Shown: one piece after another, positions 32,750 to 42,912 of the stretch
How the letters are laid out: each line of letters opens with the position of its first letter
Numbering within the stretch: position 1 is the first letter of the stretch
Assembly: GCF_001194135.2 (NCBI RefSeq)
Contig: NC_068987.1
Coordinates: forward strand, 4,361,500 to 4,404,411
Length of the DNA stretch: 42,912 nt
Direction of reading: 5' to 3'
Source: Octopus bimaculoides
Lineage: Eukaryota
Made by a program: the position numbers and the translations under genes
Notes under the pieces: generated by a model
What the model saw: the letters and a program-made list of their open reading frames with translations, nothing else
Database searches by the model: none
Told to the model about the DNA's origin: nothing

Positions 32750-32906
32750 CTACCCATCCATCTTTTCCGCCCTGTATTCCTGGGAGTGTTGTAAGGGACA
32801 GAGACCTCAGGCACCTCCTCCATAAGGTCCTATCAGAAGCAACCGTCATACTTTCCGGTTGGATTCCCAGGCGTGACCAACTGAGACAATGGATATAGCC
32901 AATCAT
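32750..32906 (-). mobile_element. RTE-clade LINE 3' end, copy 3
   Basis: Encodes GYIHCLSWSRLGIQPESMTVASDRTLWRRCLR..., then CTCCCAGGAATA and a GATGGATGG tail; aligns with 5250-5395. Confidence 0.75.
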
Positions 32907-32957
32907 CTCGTTCTTGGTCTAATAAAAACTGCATTTCCTGCCACGAAAGCAGTCTCT

Positions 32958-33145
32958 ATGTGGTTGCTTGGCTTGTTAGAAATAGCAGCCAAATATCCCT
33001 CAACTCGCACACTCCACCATCTCAGAAAAGGACACGTTAGGCAATGCAATCCTGGATTAACTTTACCCATACGAAGAAAGAGGTGGGATGGCCACGTTTA
33101 GAATGCCTTTGATCAGGACTAATCTGGGGCCAAACAACATCAATC
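32958..33145 (+). mobile_element. Family D retroposon, most complete copy
   Basis: GGTTGCTTGGCTTGTTAGAAATAGCAGCCAAAT..CCCTCAA...GGGATGGCCACG...GAATGCCTTTGATCAGG...GGGGCCAAACAAC. Confidence 0.65.
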
Positions 33146-33212
33146 ACTACGGCCCTTAATATTCTATCTCACAGCCATACACTTCTTTCATAAGTCGTGG
33201 GGGGGGGGGTTA

Positions 33213-33434
33213 CGAGGGGGTGCTTGAAAAGTTCCTGGCTTTGGGGTAAAAGAAAATACAGGAGGATCAGTTAATTATGATTTTATTCATTACATTCCCC
33301 TCTNNNNNNNNNNNNNNNATGAATCTAGTTTTCGTTCATCAGCATAGTATAGTTAAAAAAAAACTCGGAATTTGGGCTTCCAACCATGCCCTTCGCGACA
33401 TTCTTTGAGCCTAGAGCTTTTCGGTACCTTCTCG
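33213..33434. mobile_element. mariner-type non-autonomous element (spans a short gap)
   Basis: TA-CGAGGGGGTGCTTGAAAAGTTCCTGGCT left TIR and GAGCTTTTCGGTACCTTCTCG-TA right TIR. The true length is unknown because of the N-run. Confidence 0.55.
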
Positions 33435-34524
33435 TATGTGTGTGTAAGCGTCTGTGCGCGCGCATGTTTCACTGTATACTTGTGTATGTATCTCTGTGTG
33501 TGATTAGTTACCAAAAGTTAATTTCATTAGTCGGCGTATGATTGTTTTCTAAACAATTGGTTTAAGTTAATTGAATAAAATATATTTATACTTTGGTGTA
33601 GGGGTACAAAGTTTTGATCTTTAAGGAAAAGATTCGAGTCTTTCTTGTTTTGTTTTTTTTTTCGTTTTGTTTTGTAAAGAATTCTAAAATAAAATAAGTT
33701 GTAAATAAGCGCGTGTGTATGTTACACACGCGCGTATGTATGTGTCTGAGTGTGTCTGCGCGCGCGTTTGCCTCTGTGTGTATGCATATGTACGTGTGTG
33801 TGTGTGTGTGTGTGTGTTTAGAAAGCGAAGGGTGGGGGGAAGATAAGAAAAAAGAATGTGACGAGCGGTGGGAGGAGACAGGAGAATGGTTGCTACAGAA
33901 AAGGTGCAGACGACATGTCATGTGACCATCAGACAAGAAAATTATATTGGTTTGTCTTGACGCGCTTATAATTTAATATTTATCATAGTTTGATATATAT
34001 ATATATAAAGACTTTCCGTATTCCCGAGCGTCATACTAATACATCCTTTTGTTGTTTACACCACCTGTCCTCGTCTGTTGTTGTTTTTTCGTACATTCTC
34101 CCATATATATATATATATATATANNNNNNNNNNNNNNNNNNNNNNNNNNNNNNNNNNNNNNNNNNNNNNNNNNNNNNNNNNNNNNNNNNNNNNNNNNNNN
34201 NNNNNNNNNNNNNNNNNNNNNNNNNNNNNNNNAAAAACAATTTTACATTTAAGCTAAAGGATTACTCAATACAGTTGGTAAAGTACAAATTTGCTAATTC
34301 ACTAATAAGGATAGTATTGACAGTGACTTCGAAATTTCACGTTGTTAAGCCATCGTCGGATTAAACATATGAACATCAATGCATACACATATGCGTCAGT
34401 GCACGAAATTTTTGGCCCTTGAGTCACTTTGTAACTTCTGCCGGTTTATTAGACAGACAGACAGACACTATTTTCCTGTTTGTATAAAATAAAATTTTAA
34501 AAAAAACGAAACATATACATCCTT

Positions 34525-35125
34525 TTTCTAGTTTTATTATTTGGACTGCGGCCATGCTGGAGTACTGTCTTCAGTTGCTTTTACACGATCTTATCGATCA
34601 CAGTAATGATTTCAATCATTTTGCGTGATTCATCGATCTTTATTTATCGAATGGCTCGGTTAACATTTATCGACAATCGGAGACAACTCGACTCAACGGT
34701 AAACAAACACAGTCAATGACACACACACACATTACATATATATACATACACGTACGCACACACACACATGCATACATATATACGCGCACGCACGCATACA
34801 TACATATATGCATGCAAGCACACATACTTACATACATACATATATATATATATATATACACATGCACGCACACATGCATACGTACATGCACACATATATA
34901 CAAGCATGTAAGCACACTTACATACACACATACATGCACACACACACATATACATACATTCACAAGCGATGGGTTTCCGTACAGTTTCTTTCTACCGAAT
35001 TTTACTTTAAAGGCAATCGTTTTGAACTGAGACCTATGGTGGACCTATGCACCGCCGAGTGGAATCGAACACAGAACCATTTGGCTGCAAAAACCAGCTC
35101 ACTGACTACAACTGCTCGGCTGCAC
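34525..35125 (-). mobile_element. SINE family C, old, with about 250 bp expanded internal microsatellite
   Basis: 3' part (GACTGCGGCCATGCTGGAG) at 34543 and 5' part (CAGTTTC..CTACC...GGAATCGAACACAGAACC) at 34965-35125 flank a CA/TA tract. Confidence 0.6.
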
Positions 35126-35129
35126 TCTC

Positions 35130-35340
35130 TGCTGCATGCATGCGCGTGAGCGTGTGCGCGCGCACGCGTGCGGACACGTTCGTACATATTATGTTAATCG
35201 CTTGTTCTGTAATGGAAAATGATGACGTAATATCGCTGTTGAAGACGGAAAACTCGAGTCGCTTGACTTTTTGTGAAGTGTCGCAGCGAAATTGTCAAGC
35301 GGCCCCCATAATGTGCGTCTCGCATTATAAATAAACCCTT
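35130..35340. promoter_or_regulatory. CpG-rich island with CRE-like and TATA-like motifs
   Basis: GCATGCGCG and an alternating purine-pyrimidine tract, TGACGTAA at 35223-35230 and TATAAATA at 35326-35333. Confidence 0.25.
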
Positions 35341-35944
35341 GTGTTTTCTCTTTGTCTCTATCTGTCTATCTTTCTTTCTGTTTATCTGTCTGTCTGTCTG
35401 TCTGTGTATGTTTGTTTGTCAACTCTTGCAGCGAAAGAGAGAGAGACGTGTGAGAAACTGTCATATGATACTAGAAATGCAGACAAGACACTAACAGGGA
35501 TCTTAGGGTTGATTACGTACACACACACGCACATATCTACGCATACACTCACATGACAGGCTTCCATGTAGCTTCCGTTTACTGAATCCACACACAAGGC
35601 ATTAATCAGCCCGGGGCTATAATGTGTGTTTGTATGCACGCGTGCGTGCACATACACAAGCGTTCTATTCCGTGCATCAACATTACAGCGATCCGTTGTT
35701 TGCCCGCCATGTTGTCTGGTTTTTTTTTTCTCGTAGGGGTGTAGAGGGTTTTAGTCTACAAGATGATAAAAGTTTAGTAGCTTCTCCCCACCTCCCACTC
35801 GCTCAAATTTCCTCCGTTTCTTGGAGGGGCAACCACCCCTCCCACTGTGAGCGACTTTACTCCATCACCATTTCACATTAACCGATTGAAGACAGAAAGA
35901 GACCGAAGTGAAGGGAATAATCTTGTCCAAAAAGATGGTTTTTA

Positions 35945-36145
35945 GTGTTGGCACAAGGCCGGCACTTTTAGGCGAGGCAGGTAAATAGATTACATCAACC
36001 CCATTACTCTACTAGTATTTATTTTATTGACCCTGAAAGGTAAAGTAGATCTCTATGGAAGTCGAACTCAGAACGTAAAGTGCCTGAAGAAATAGCGCTA
36101 AGCATTTGGTCCGACGGGTTAACGATTCTGCCACCACGCCATCTT
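35945..36145 (-). mobile_element. SINE family A, older
   Basis: GGCACAAGGCC...GTCGAACTCAGAACGTAAAG...CTAAGCATTT...AACGATTCTGCCA. Confidence 0.75.
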
Positions 36146-36221
36146 ATCTTGTATGAGATAGAAATATATTATTTTATTAGATTGTAGCAATATATTATTA
36201 TATTAGATTTCGAAGTCTATT

Positions 36222-36440
36222 AGGGCAGCGAGCTGGCAGAATCGTTAGCACTCCAGACAAAATGCTTAACGGCATTTCGTCCGTCTTGACTTTCTGAGTT
36301 CGAATTCCGCCGAGGTCGATTTTACTTTTTATCGTTCCGGGGTCGATAAAATAAGTACCAGTTGAAGACTGGAGTCGAGGCAACTGACTTGCCCCCTCTC
36401 CCGAACTTGGTGGCCTTATGCCAAAATTTGACACCGATAT
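36222..36440 (+). mobile_element. SINE family A, full length
   Basis: GCGAGCTGGCAGAATCGTTAGC...GAGTTCGAATTCCGCCGAGGTCGA...AAAATTTGACACCGATATT. Confidence 0.9.
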
Positions 36441-37069
36441 TTTAAAGTCTATTGCTCCTGGCCTTGATTTGGAACCAATAACTGGATTCCTCGAGAACTG
36501 TAGTCTTTTTCTGTTTATCCTCCAACCAGGAGATTTCCAGACAGAACATAATTATTTAGAACAACCTCAGTTAATTTATAGAATTGGGCTAAATCTTGAA
36601 TGCACTAAAATACCAGGTCAAACCGAACAAAAAACGAAACAAAACAAAAAAACTTGTAGCTGATCCTGACATCTCAGCCAACAAATAGAGATCTATGATT
36701 GTTCGAGATGGCAATCAAATGCCCTTATTTATAAATAGCATCACCTTAAAATAAGTAAATTTGTTAAATAATGGGGTCTGAAATACTTCTAAAATGGCTG
36801 GATGGCTATAGCTGGACTACCTTTGATGCAGAGACGTATCGTGGGAAGTGCGACCCGTATAGGGCGGGGGAAATGGGAGGGGTGATAAACTTATGTTGAG
36901 GGCATGTTACGGTTAAGGAAGAGGGCAGCCAATTTGGCTCCGACACAGGTCGACCAAAACCCACGCTAAGCCACTGCTTTAGTGATTAGATAGTTTAATC
37001 CCAAGATGGACCCACAGGCTCTAAACAACAACAACAACAACTTCACTGATTTGGAAAATCCTCACCCCT

Positions 37070-37686
37070 ATCTTTCTGTCTTTGTCTGTCTCTATCTATT
37101 TATCTGCCTGTCTACCTGTCTCTGTCTACCTGTCTCTGTCTAACTGCCTCTGTCTGTCTGTATCTCTTTCTCTCTCTTTCTATCTTTCTCTTTCTATCTT
37201 TCTCTTTCTATCTCTCTTTCTACTATCGCTTAGGCTTCTATCTATTTCCCTCTATCGTTTAGACTTCTATCTCTCTTTCTATTCATCGCTTAGACTTCTA
37301 TTTCTGTAGACTTCTACCCAGTAACGAGTAAAATAAAATAGAATGGAATAAACAAAAGCCACACCATTACATCAGATTGTCACCTGAGCACGACATTGTC
37401 ATCCATTGTCCAGTGAAAGATGAAGGATGGCAGCCACTGTTTTGCAGGTGGATAAAATGTTTTATTTAAATCAATTGTTATTCACAATTTGATGGTTTCA
37501 ACCACTCCCCACCACTGCCTCTTCTTCTTTCATCTTCCCTTCTCTCTCACCCCTCTCTCTCTTTCGTAGTCCTTTTATCTTTCTCTTTCTCGTTGATGAT
37601 TCCCATCTCTTTGTATCTCTTTTATCTCTCTTTTTCTCTCTCCCTCTCTATCTTTTTCTCTCCGTCTCTCTCTTCCACCACTATCC

Positions 37687-37720
<34 letters not shown>

Positions 37721-37950
37721 ATAAACCTTTTCATCTTTCGTTATCTTATTGATTGTCCGATTGTGTCTCTCTTATCTCTCTCTCTCTCCCCCCCTCTTTC
37801 TCTCTCTCTCCCTCTCTTTCTCTCTCTCTCTTTCTCCTCCTCTCTGCTTCCTTTCAGCCATACCTTGGCTTTCTCCTACGCTCTCTCTTTCTCTTTCTTC
37901 CCATCTCTATATCTTTCTCTCTCAATCTCTCCCTCTCTCATATTCTTTGT
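37070..37950. repeat. Pyrimidine-rich (CT/TATC)n low-complexity blocks
   Basis: Blocks at about 37070-37310 and 37510-37950, with (CTAT)n at about 37681-37718. Confidence 0.85.
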
Positions 37951-38039
37951 CTTCTCCCCCCCCCACAGGACACTGCTGCAACAAGTTATTACATAGAACC
38001 TCTCTAATAAAATCAATACCCTTCATTTTTTTTCTCATC

Positions 38040-38180
38040 TACCTGTTAGAAATAACAGCCAAACCATCCTCAATCGTCTTCAAAACAACAACAAACATCA
38101 ACAAAGCATATTAGACAGTGTAGTCCACGATATAATCCTAACGAGGAGAGGTGATCATGGCTGGAACGGCTTCGAACAAC
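38040..38180 (+). mobile_element. Family D retroposon, degenerate
   Basis: CTGTTAGAAATAACAGCCAAA...CCTCAA...GTGATCATGGCTGGAA. Confidence 0.55.
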
Positions 38181-38269
38181 ACAGCAGACCTACTACAACA
38201 AATACCACTGTACTACTACTACTACTACTACTATACACATTGTCGCCACACAATCACATTCGCTTTGTC

Positions 38270-38306
38270 TTTCTTTGAAACCCTCTCTCTCTTTCTCTCT
38301 CTCTCT

Positions 38307-38351
<45 letters not shown>

Positions 38352-39110
38352 CCATTGTCTTACCCTTTTCTCTTTCTCACACGACACACACAGACAAATG
38401 CATATATATACACGCATACATACGTGCGTGCGCATATGCATACACATACGCATGGTTGCATGCATGCACGCACGTATAAATGCATATATACATATACACA
38501 CGTCTATACACACACACACACACACACAAACGCACACACACGCACACACACGCACACACACATCGTCGTGTACCAGTTATTGCACAGATAGAAGCGAAGT
38601 GCCAGGTCAAAATGTGGATGAAAGTGAGGGGGGGGAGTGCACCGCCACCACCACCATCATCATTGTCACATCTGTCAAATACAGTTACACACACACACAC
38701 GCACGCACACGCACACTGTGAGAAAGAATGCATGCGCACACATCCTTGCATACGCGTACAGATTCAACAGAGAGAGGGGGAGGAAGAGAGAGAGAGAGAG
38801 AGAAAGAGTAACAAAGAGGTACACGTGCCTGTCAATGCACGTTCGCGTAATCAACAAGCATTAACAAATGGAGAGAGTGGGATGTGTGCGTGTGTGTGTG
38901 TATGTGTGTGTGTGTGTGTGCGTGTGTGTGTACGAGAGAGAGAAAGAGAAGGGAGAACTATGCAGACAGAAAGAATAGAATATAGACAGTGAAAGAGAGA
39001 GAGAGAGAGGGGGGGTATAGACAGAGTAATAGTTTGAATATGAGAGGAATAATGGCGAGTGTGCTAGAGTGAGAGACACACATACACCTGTGTGTGTGTG
39101 TGTGGTGTTG
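38270..39110. repeat. Mosaic of (CT)n, (CA)n, (GA)n and (TG)n microsatellites
   Basis: Directly visible. Confidence 0.9.
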
Positions 39111-39244
39111 CCGAATGCAAGTACATAATTTCTTATGTTAATTCATGCTTCGCATGCTCTATCGATGTTGATAATCATATACAAGTTCTCTCTCTGAGCT
39201 AATGGTAGCTCCTGTATCTACGTTGTGTGAATCGCTGCTTATTG

Positions 39245-39320
39245 TTTATTTTAGCTCCAGGTCAGTCCTGATCCAGTGAAGCTTATTAACCCAACGCGTT
39301 CCAGCCGTGACTATCGCACC
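39245..39320 (-). mobile_element. Family D 3' fragment
   Basis: TTTAGCTCCAGGTCAGTCCTGATC...TTCCAGCCGTGAC. Confidence 0.5.
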
Positions 39321-40527
39321 AGATTTAGCTATTATTCTTAGTAGATAAAGTGATTCGGTCGCGACGTCATGTGAAAGAATTCGCAGGAATCGCGTGCGTT
39401 TAAAGAGTAGCAGTTCTTGGAAAAAGAAAGCCGAAACGAAGTGTTTTTAAGTACACGACCTCAATTGGAGTACAAGGAATAAAAGAGCCAGCATAATTAA
39501 GGAGACTCCTAAATGGTCCCATATAAAAGAATAGAGCCGTGTAGTTTTTTTTTAGCTTTTTTTTTACTACTAAGAGGTTCTGGGTTCGAATCTACCGTAC
39601 TGTACCCTGGGGCAAGTGTCTTATTTTCTAATTTGACTAATGCCGAGTAGAAATTAATGCATGGATATTATAGAANNNNNNNNNNNNNNNNNNNNNNNNN
39701 NNNNNNNNNNNNNNNNNNNNNNNNNNNNNNNNNNNNNNNNNNNNNNNNNNNNNNNNNNNNNNNNNNNNNNNNNNNNNNNNNNNNNNNNNNNNNNNNNNNN
39801 NNNNNNNNNNNNNNNNNNNNNNNNNNNNNNNNNNNNNNNNNNNNNNNNNNNNNNNNNNNNNNNNNNNNNNNNNNNNNNNNNNNNNNNNNNNNNNNNNNNN
39901 NNNNNNNNNNNNNNNNNNNNNNNNNNNNNNNNNNNNNNNNNNNNNNNNNNNNNNNNNNNNNNNNNNNNNNNNNNNNNNNNNNNNNNNNNNNNNNNNNNNN
40001 NNNNNNNNNNNNNNNNNNNNNNNNNNNNNNNNNNNNNNNNNNNNNNNNNNNNNNNNNNNNNNNNNNNNNNNNNNNNNNNNNNNNNNNNNNNNNNNNNNNN
40101 NNNNNNNNNNNNNNNNNNNNNNNNNNNNNNNNNNNNNNNNNNNNNNNNNNNNNNNNNNNNNNNNNNNNNNNNNNNNNNNNNNNNNNNNNNNNNNNNNNNN
40201 NNNNNNNNNNNNNNNNNNNNNNNNNNNNNNNNNNNNNNNNNNNNNNNNNNNNNNNNNNNNNNNNNNNNNNNNNNNNNNNNNNNNNNNNNNNNNNNNNNNN
40301 NNNNNNNNNNNNNNNNNNNNNNNNNNNNNNNNNNNNNNNNNNNNNNNNNNNNNNNNNNNNNNNNNNNNNNNNNNNNNNNNNNNNNNNNNNNNNNNNNNNN
40401 NNNNNNNNNNNNNNNNNNNNNNNNNNNNNNNNNNNNNNNNNNNNNNNNNAAAGATTCCTCTTGTACATTTACCACGCAGCGTAAGTGTCATTGACCAAGT
40501 TGTGGGTGTTTGACAAATGTTTGACAG

Positions 40528-40573
<46 letters not shown>

Positions 40574-41150
40574 GCCTTAACAAAAACAAAAGTGAATAGC
40601 TATATATATATATAGGTATGTATGTAGGTTTCAAAGAACCTCTCTGCAATTGTCGTACGATAATATGTAATTGTTTCAACACATGATCACAGGATTGTCA
40701 GATTAATTTCACTAAAACTAGCACAAATGTGATAGGAAGTAAAACTGCGGTGGAGATTTTTGCTGTAATAGATAGACTGACAAACGGGATGGATGGATGG
40801 ATGGATGGATGCTGAGAGAGACAGACAGACAGGCTGAGAGAGACAGATAGACAAATAGACAGACAGACAGATGGGCTGAGAGAGACAGAAGGATATAAAC
40901 AGAGATAGATAAACGATATGACTCCTGGTCGAGACGCAAAAACAATTTGAAAAATCAAAATCATGTAATTAAAATAGGATGTACGTGTCCTCATTGAAAT
41001 ACACACACGCTCTCTCTCTTTCTTTCTTAGATCNNNNNNNNNNNNNNNNNNNNNNNNNNNNNNNNNNNNNNNNNNNNNNNNNNNNNNNNNNNNNNNNNNN
41101 NNNNNNNNNNNNNNNNNNNNNNNNNNNNNNNNNNNNNNNNNNNNNNNNNN

Positions 41151-41270
41151 GCCCGCCAAACCCGCGATATACTGAAGAGTCCGCGATATAAATTTACATA
41201 TATTAGCCAGAAAAATCCGCGATGTTCTGAGTGCGCGATACGTGGACCGCGATATGGCGAAGGGTTACTG
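41151..41270. mobile_element. pogo/Tigger-type MITE right end (left end in gap)
   Basis: Repeated CCGCGATA motifs and TIR CCGCGATATGGCGAAGGGTTACTG followed by TA; same family as 27173-27398. Confidence 0.75.
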
Positions 41271-41300
41271 TATGTATATGTACACACACGCATACACATA

Positions 41301-42755
41301 CAGGGGTTGGGGAAAATAATGAAAACACCTTGTTAAACGGAAGTCTTATTATCTCATACTCTGTCCACCCCGTTTGGTATTAATCTACTTTAATACGACT
41401 AGTCAGTCTCCAGGTAAAACTTGCTTTAGCTCTTCCTGCGACAATGGTGGAAGGAAGCGATTCTTCATTTGCTGCTCCAAAATGCTCCATATACGTTTCC
41501 TTAGATTGAGATCTGGTGATTGTGGGGCCAAGCCGAATGGTGTACTTCCTTGCTGTGCTCGCCATAACAATTTTGAAAAACATTAGCCATGCGAATCGTC
41601 CTGGAAGATTGCGCTGCCGTCAGGAAACAATGTTTGTAACATAGTGTAACAGAAATATGTAACGCTTTTATCACGTTTGGTTGTTTAAGCTTAAATACTG
41701 CAGAATAGGTTCAACAGACCTTTTCTTTCCATTGAGTCACATGATCCAGTGGCTTACCAAATTAGTTGCATGTATTGGTCGGTTACTAACTGTCCAATCG
41801 CGTGTTTGCAGCAGTTTGTTCTCAACACGTGAAAGACCACTTTGTCTCTGGAACCAACCCAATGCCTCTCTTGGTCTTTGACAGCAGCCAATGACCACGC
41901 ACCCCACGTCTCTTTGGACCAGCGTCGATGAACAAGAAATCCAGCCTTTCTCACAACTTTCTTCAGCCAGCCTTCTCCGGTCTTCATCGTTACCGCAACA
42001 GACCCAGCGGAACTGAAGCCATTTAAATCCTTGTCCCAAACAAATATGATTAGCATTTCTCTTTTGGCACTTTGTAGCGAGTGGAATAAATCGTCGTTTA
42101 TTCAACTTATTCAAATATTATAGTTTGCTACTTTTTTCCTCGCTAAAATAGGATGGATATGATTCAGCAAAAATACTCGGGTAATCCTTGGCGTTAACTC
42201 TGCCTTATAGAACAACTAAAAGGCCAAGAGAATGCTATCATATGGCTGCCCAAATCCTTACAGAGGCATCTGTTTTACAGCAAGGAATAGAAAAAGTCAG
42301 GACTGAAGGTTTCTTTATGAAGTCTCCAGGCATAAACTCGTCCCGAAGCTGAATAAAGAGTAACTGATGATTCTTCAGAGATGACAATGTTCCGCTGAGC
42401 CATCGACCATTTCTGATAGTGCAGACACCCTCCTCTGTTGATAGAGAACAGGAGAGGTTTCGCAATTGCGGCCCTTCCATAATATTCAGCTTTATGGGGC
42501 TCACCACTCACGATTTTTGTTGACACCTGGTTGTCAGGGTAAGGGTTAACCTCTGCTGCTACTTTTGCTGCCGTACTTCAATGATTTTTAGACACTGTTC
42601 GTAGGTAGCTTCCCTATTTTGCGGGACCCCTCTGTAAGCTTTGCCCTGCGTTCAGACTTATGCTCTCCAGAGCTGGTTTTACCTTGGTTTTGAAACGCCA
42701 ACACGATTTTAGACGAAACATTAATCGCAATGAACATAATGAACGTTGTTAAATT
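41301..42755 (-). mobile_element. Decayed Tc1-family transposon with transposase relic (interrupted)
   Basis: TA-CAGGGGTTGGGGAAAATAATGAAAACACC terminal repeat. The minus strand gives QGKTSSGEHKSERRAKL...TAAKVAAEVN...VSTKIVSGEPHKAEYYGRAAIAKPLL...ISEESSVTLYSASGRVYAWR...SVRIWAAI...GRVNAKDY...LQTLFPDGSAIFQDD...PQSPDLNL..IWSILEQQMKNRFLPP, with stops and frameshifts. Confidence 0.85.
41645..42143 (-). mobile_element. 5'-truncated RTE-like LINE inserted in the Tc1 element
   Basis: Splits the Tc1 HP(M/I)L codons. 8-bp TSD TAACATAG (41637-41644) / TAAAATAG (42144-42151). Residual ORFs resemble an RTE C-terminus (..FRWV..; GWLKKVV..RRWSKETWGAWSLAAVKDQERHW). Confidence 0.55.
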
Positions 42756-42760
42756 ATATA

Positions 42761-42800
<40 letters not shown>

Positions 42801-42912
42801 AAGACAGATAAAATCGTAACTAATGCATTTAGTTCAGTGGAGGTGTAGGTGATGAAGAAAATGTCTAACTTTTCACTTCTGTATAATCAGTCACACAAAT
42901 ATAAGCTATACT

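Noticed and set aside
33709-33733. Perfect 11-bp hairpin GCGCGTGTGTA/TACACACGCGC
   Set aside because: Expected by chance from the abundant CA/TG/CG alternating repeats.
36418-36663. ORF MPKFDTDILK... as a gene
   Set aside because: Its start lies in a SINE tail; no domain or splice support.
41737-42114. Insert ORFs read as an APE endonuclease domain or an intact host gene
   Set aside because: Motif order and the TSD-bounded, tail-bearing layout fit a 5'-truncated RTE C-terminus better, and similarity switches between frames.

Overview
Repeat-dominated eukaryotic intergenic or intronic DNA from a gapped draft assembly. About 11 N-runs (around 11486-11984, 20193-20991, 21694-22262, 23406-24069, 24686-24695, 27575-28527, 29084-29694, 33304-33318, 34124-34232, 39676-40449, 41034-41150) produce the long X-filled ORFs in the track. 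The SINE families and very high microsatellite load resemble Octopus genomes; this is inference from recalled repeat families, not a search result. No complete host protein-coding gene is visible. The window holds many copies of three tRNA-headed SINE families (labelled A, B and C here; B has a clear CORE-like domain) and a headless (AAC)n-tailed retroposon (D). It also has several 3' ends of RTE-clade LINEs, hAT, pogo and mariner-type MITEs with TIRs and TSDs, a DD34D mariner transposase relic, and a decayed Tc1 transposase interrupted by an RTE insertion with a TSD. The most unusual item is a near-perfect tRNA-His(GTG) 5' fragment (8663-8720). It is truncated in the T-loop, fused between a SINE and the mariner relic, and flanked by an imperfect 9-bp direct repeat, as a tailless retropseudogene would be. 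Also notable: a 190-bp near-perfect foldback, a hammerhead-ribozyme-like remnant, inverted SINE pairs (possible dsRNA), an interstitial TTAGGG-like array, two weak minus-strand exon candidates and CpG-rich promoter-like islands. I see no convincing novel multi-gene system. Coordinates of degenerate repeats are approximate.
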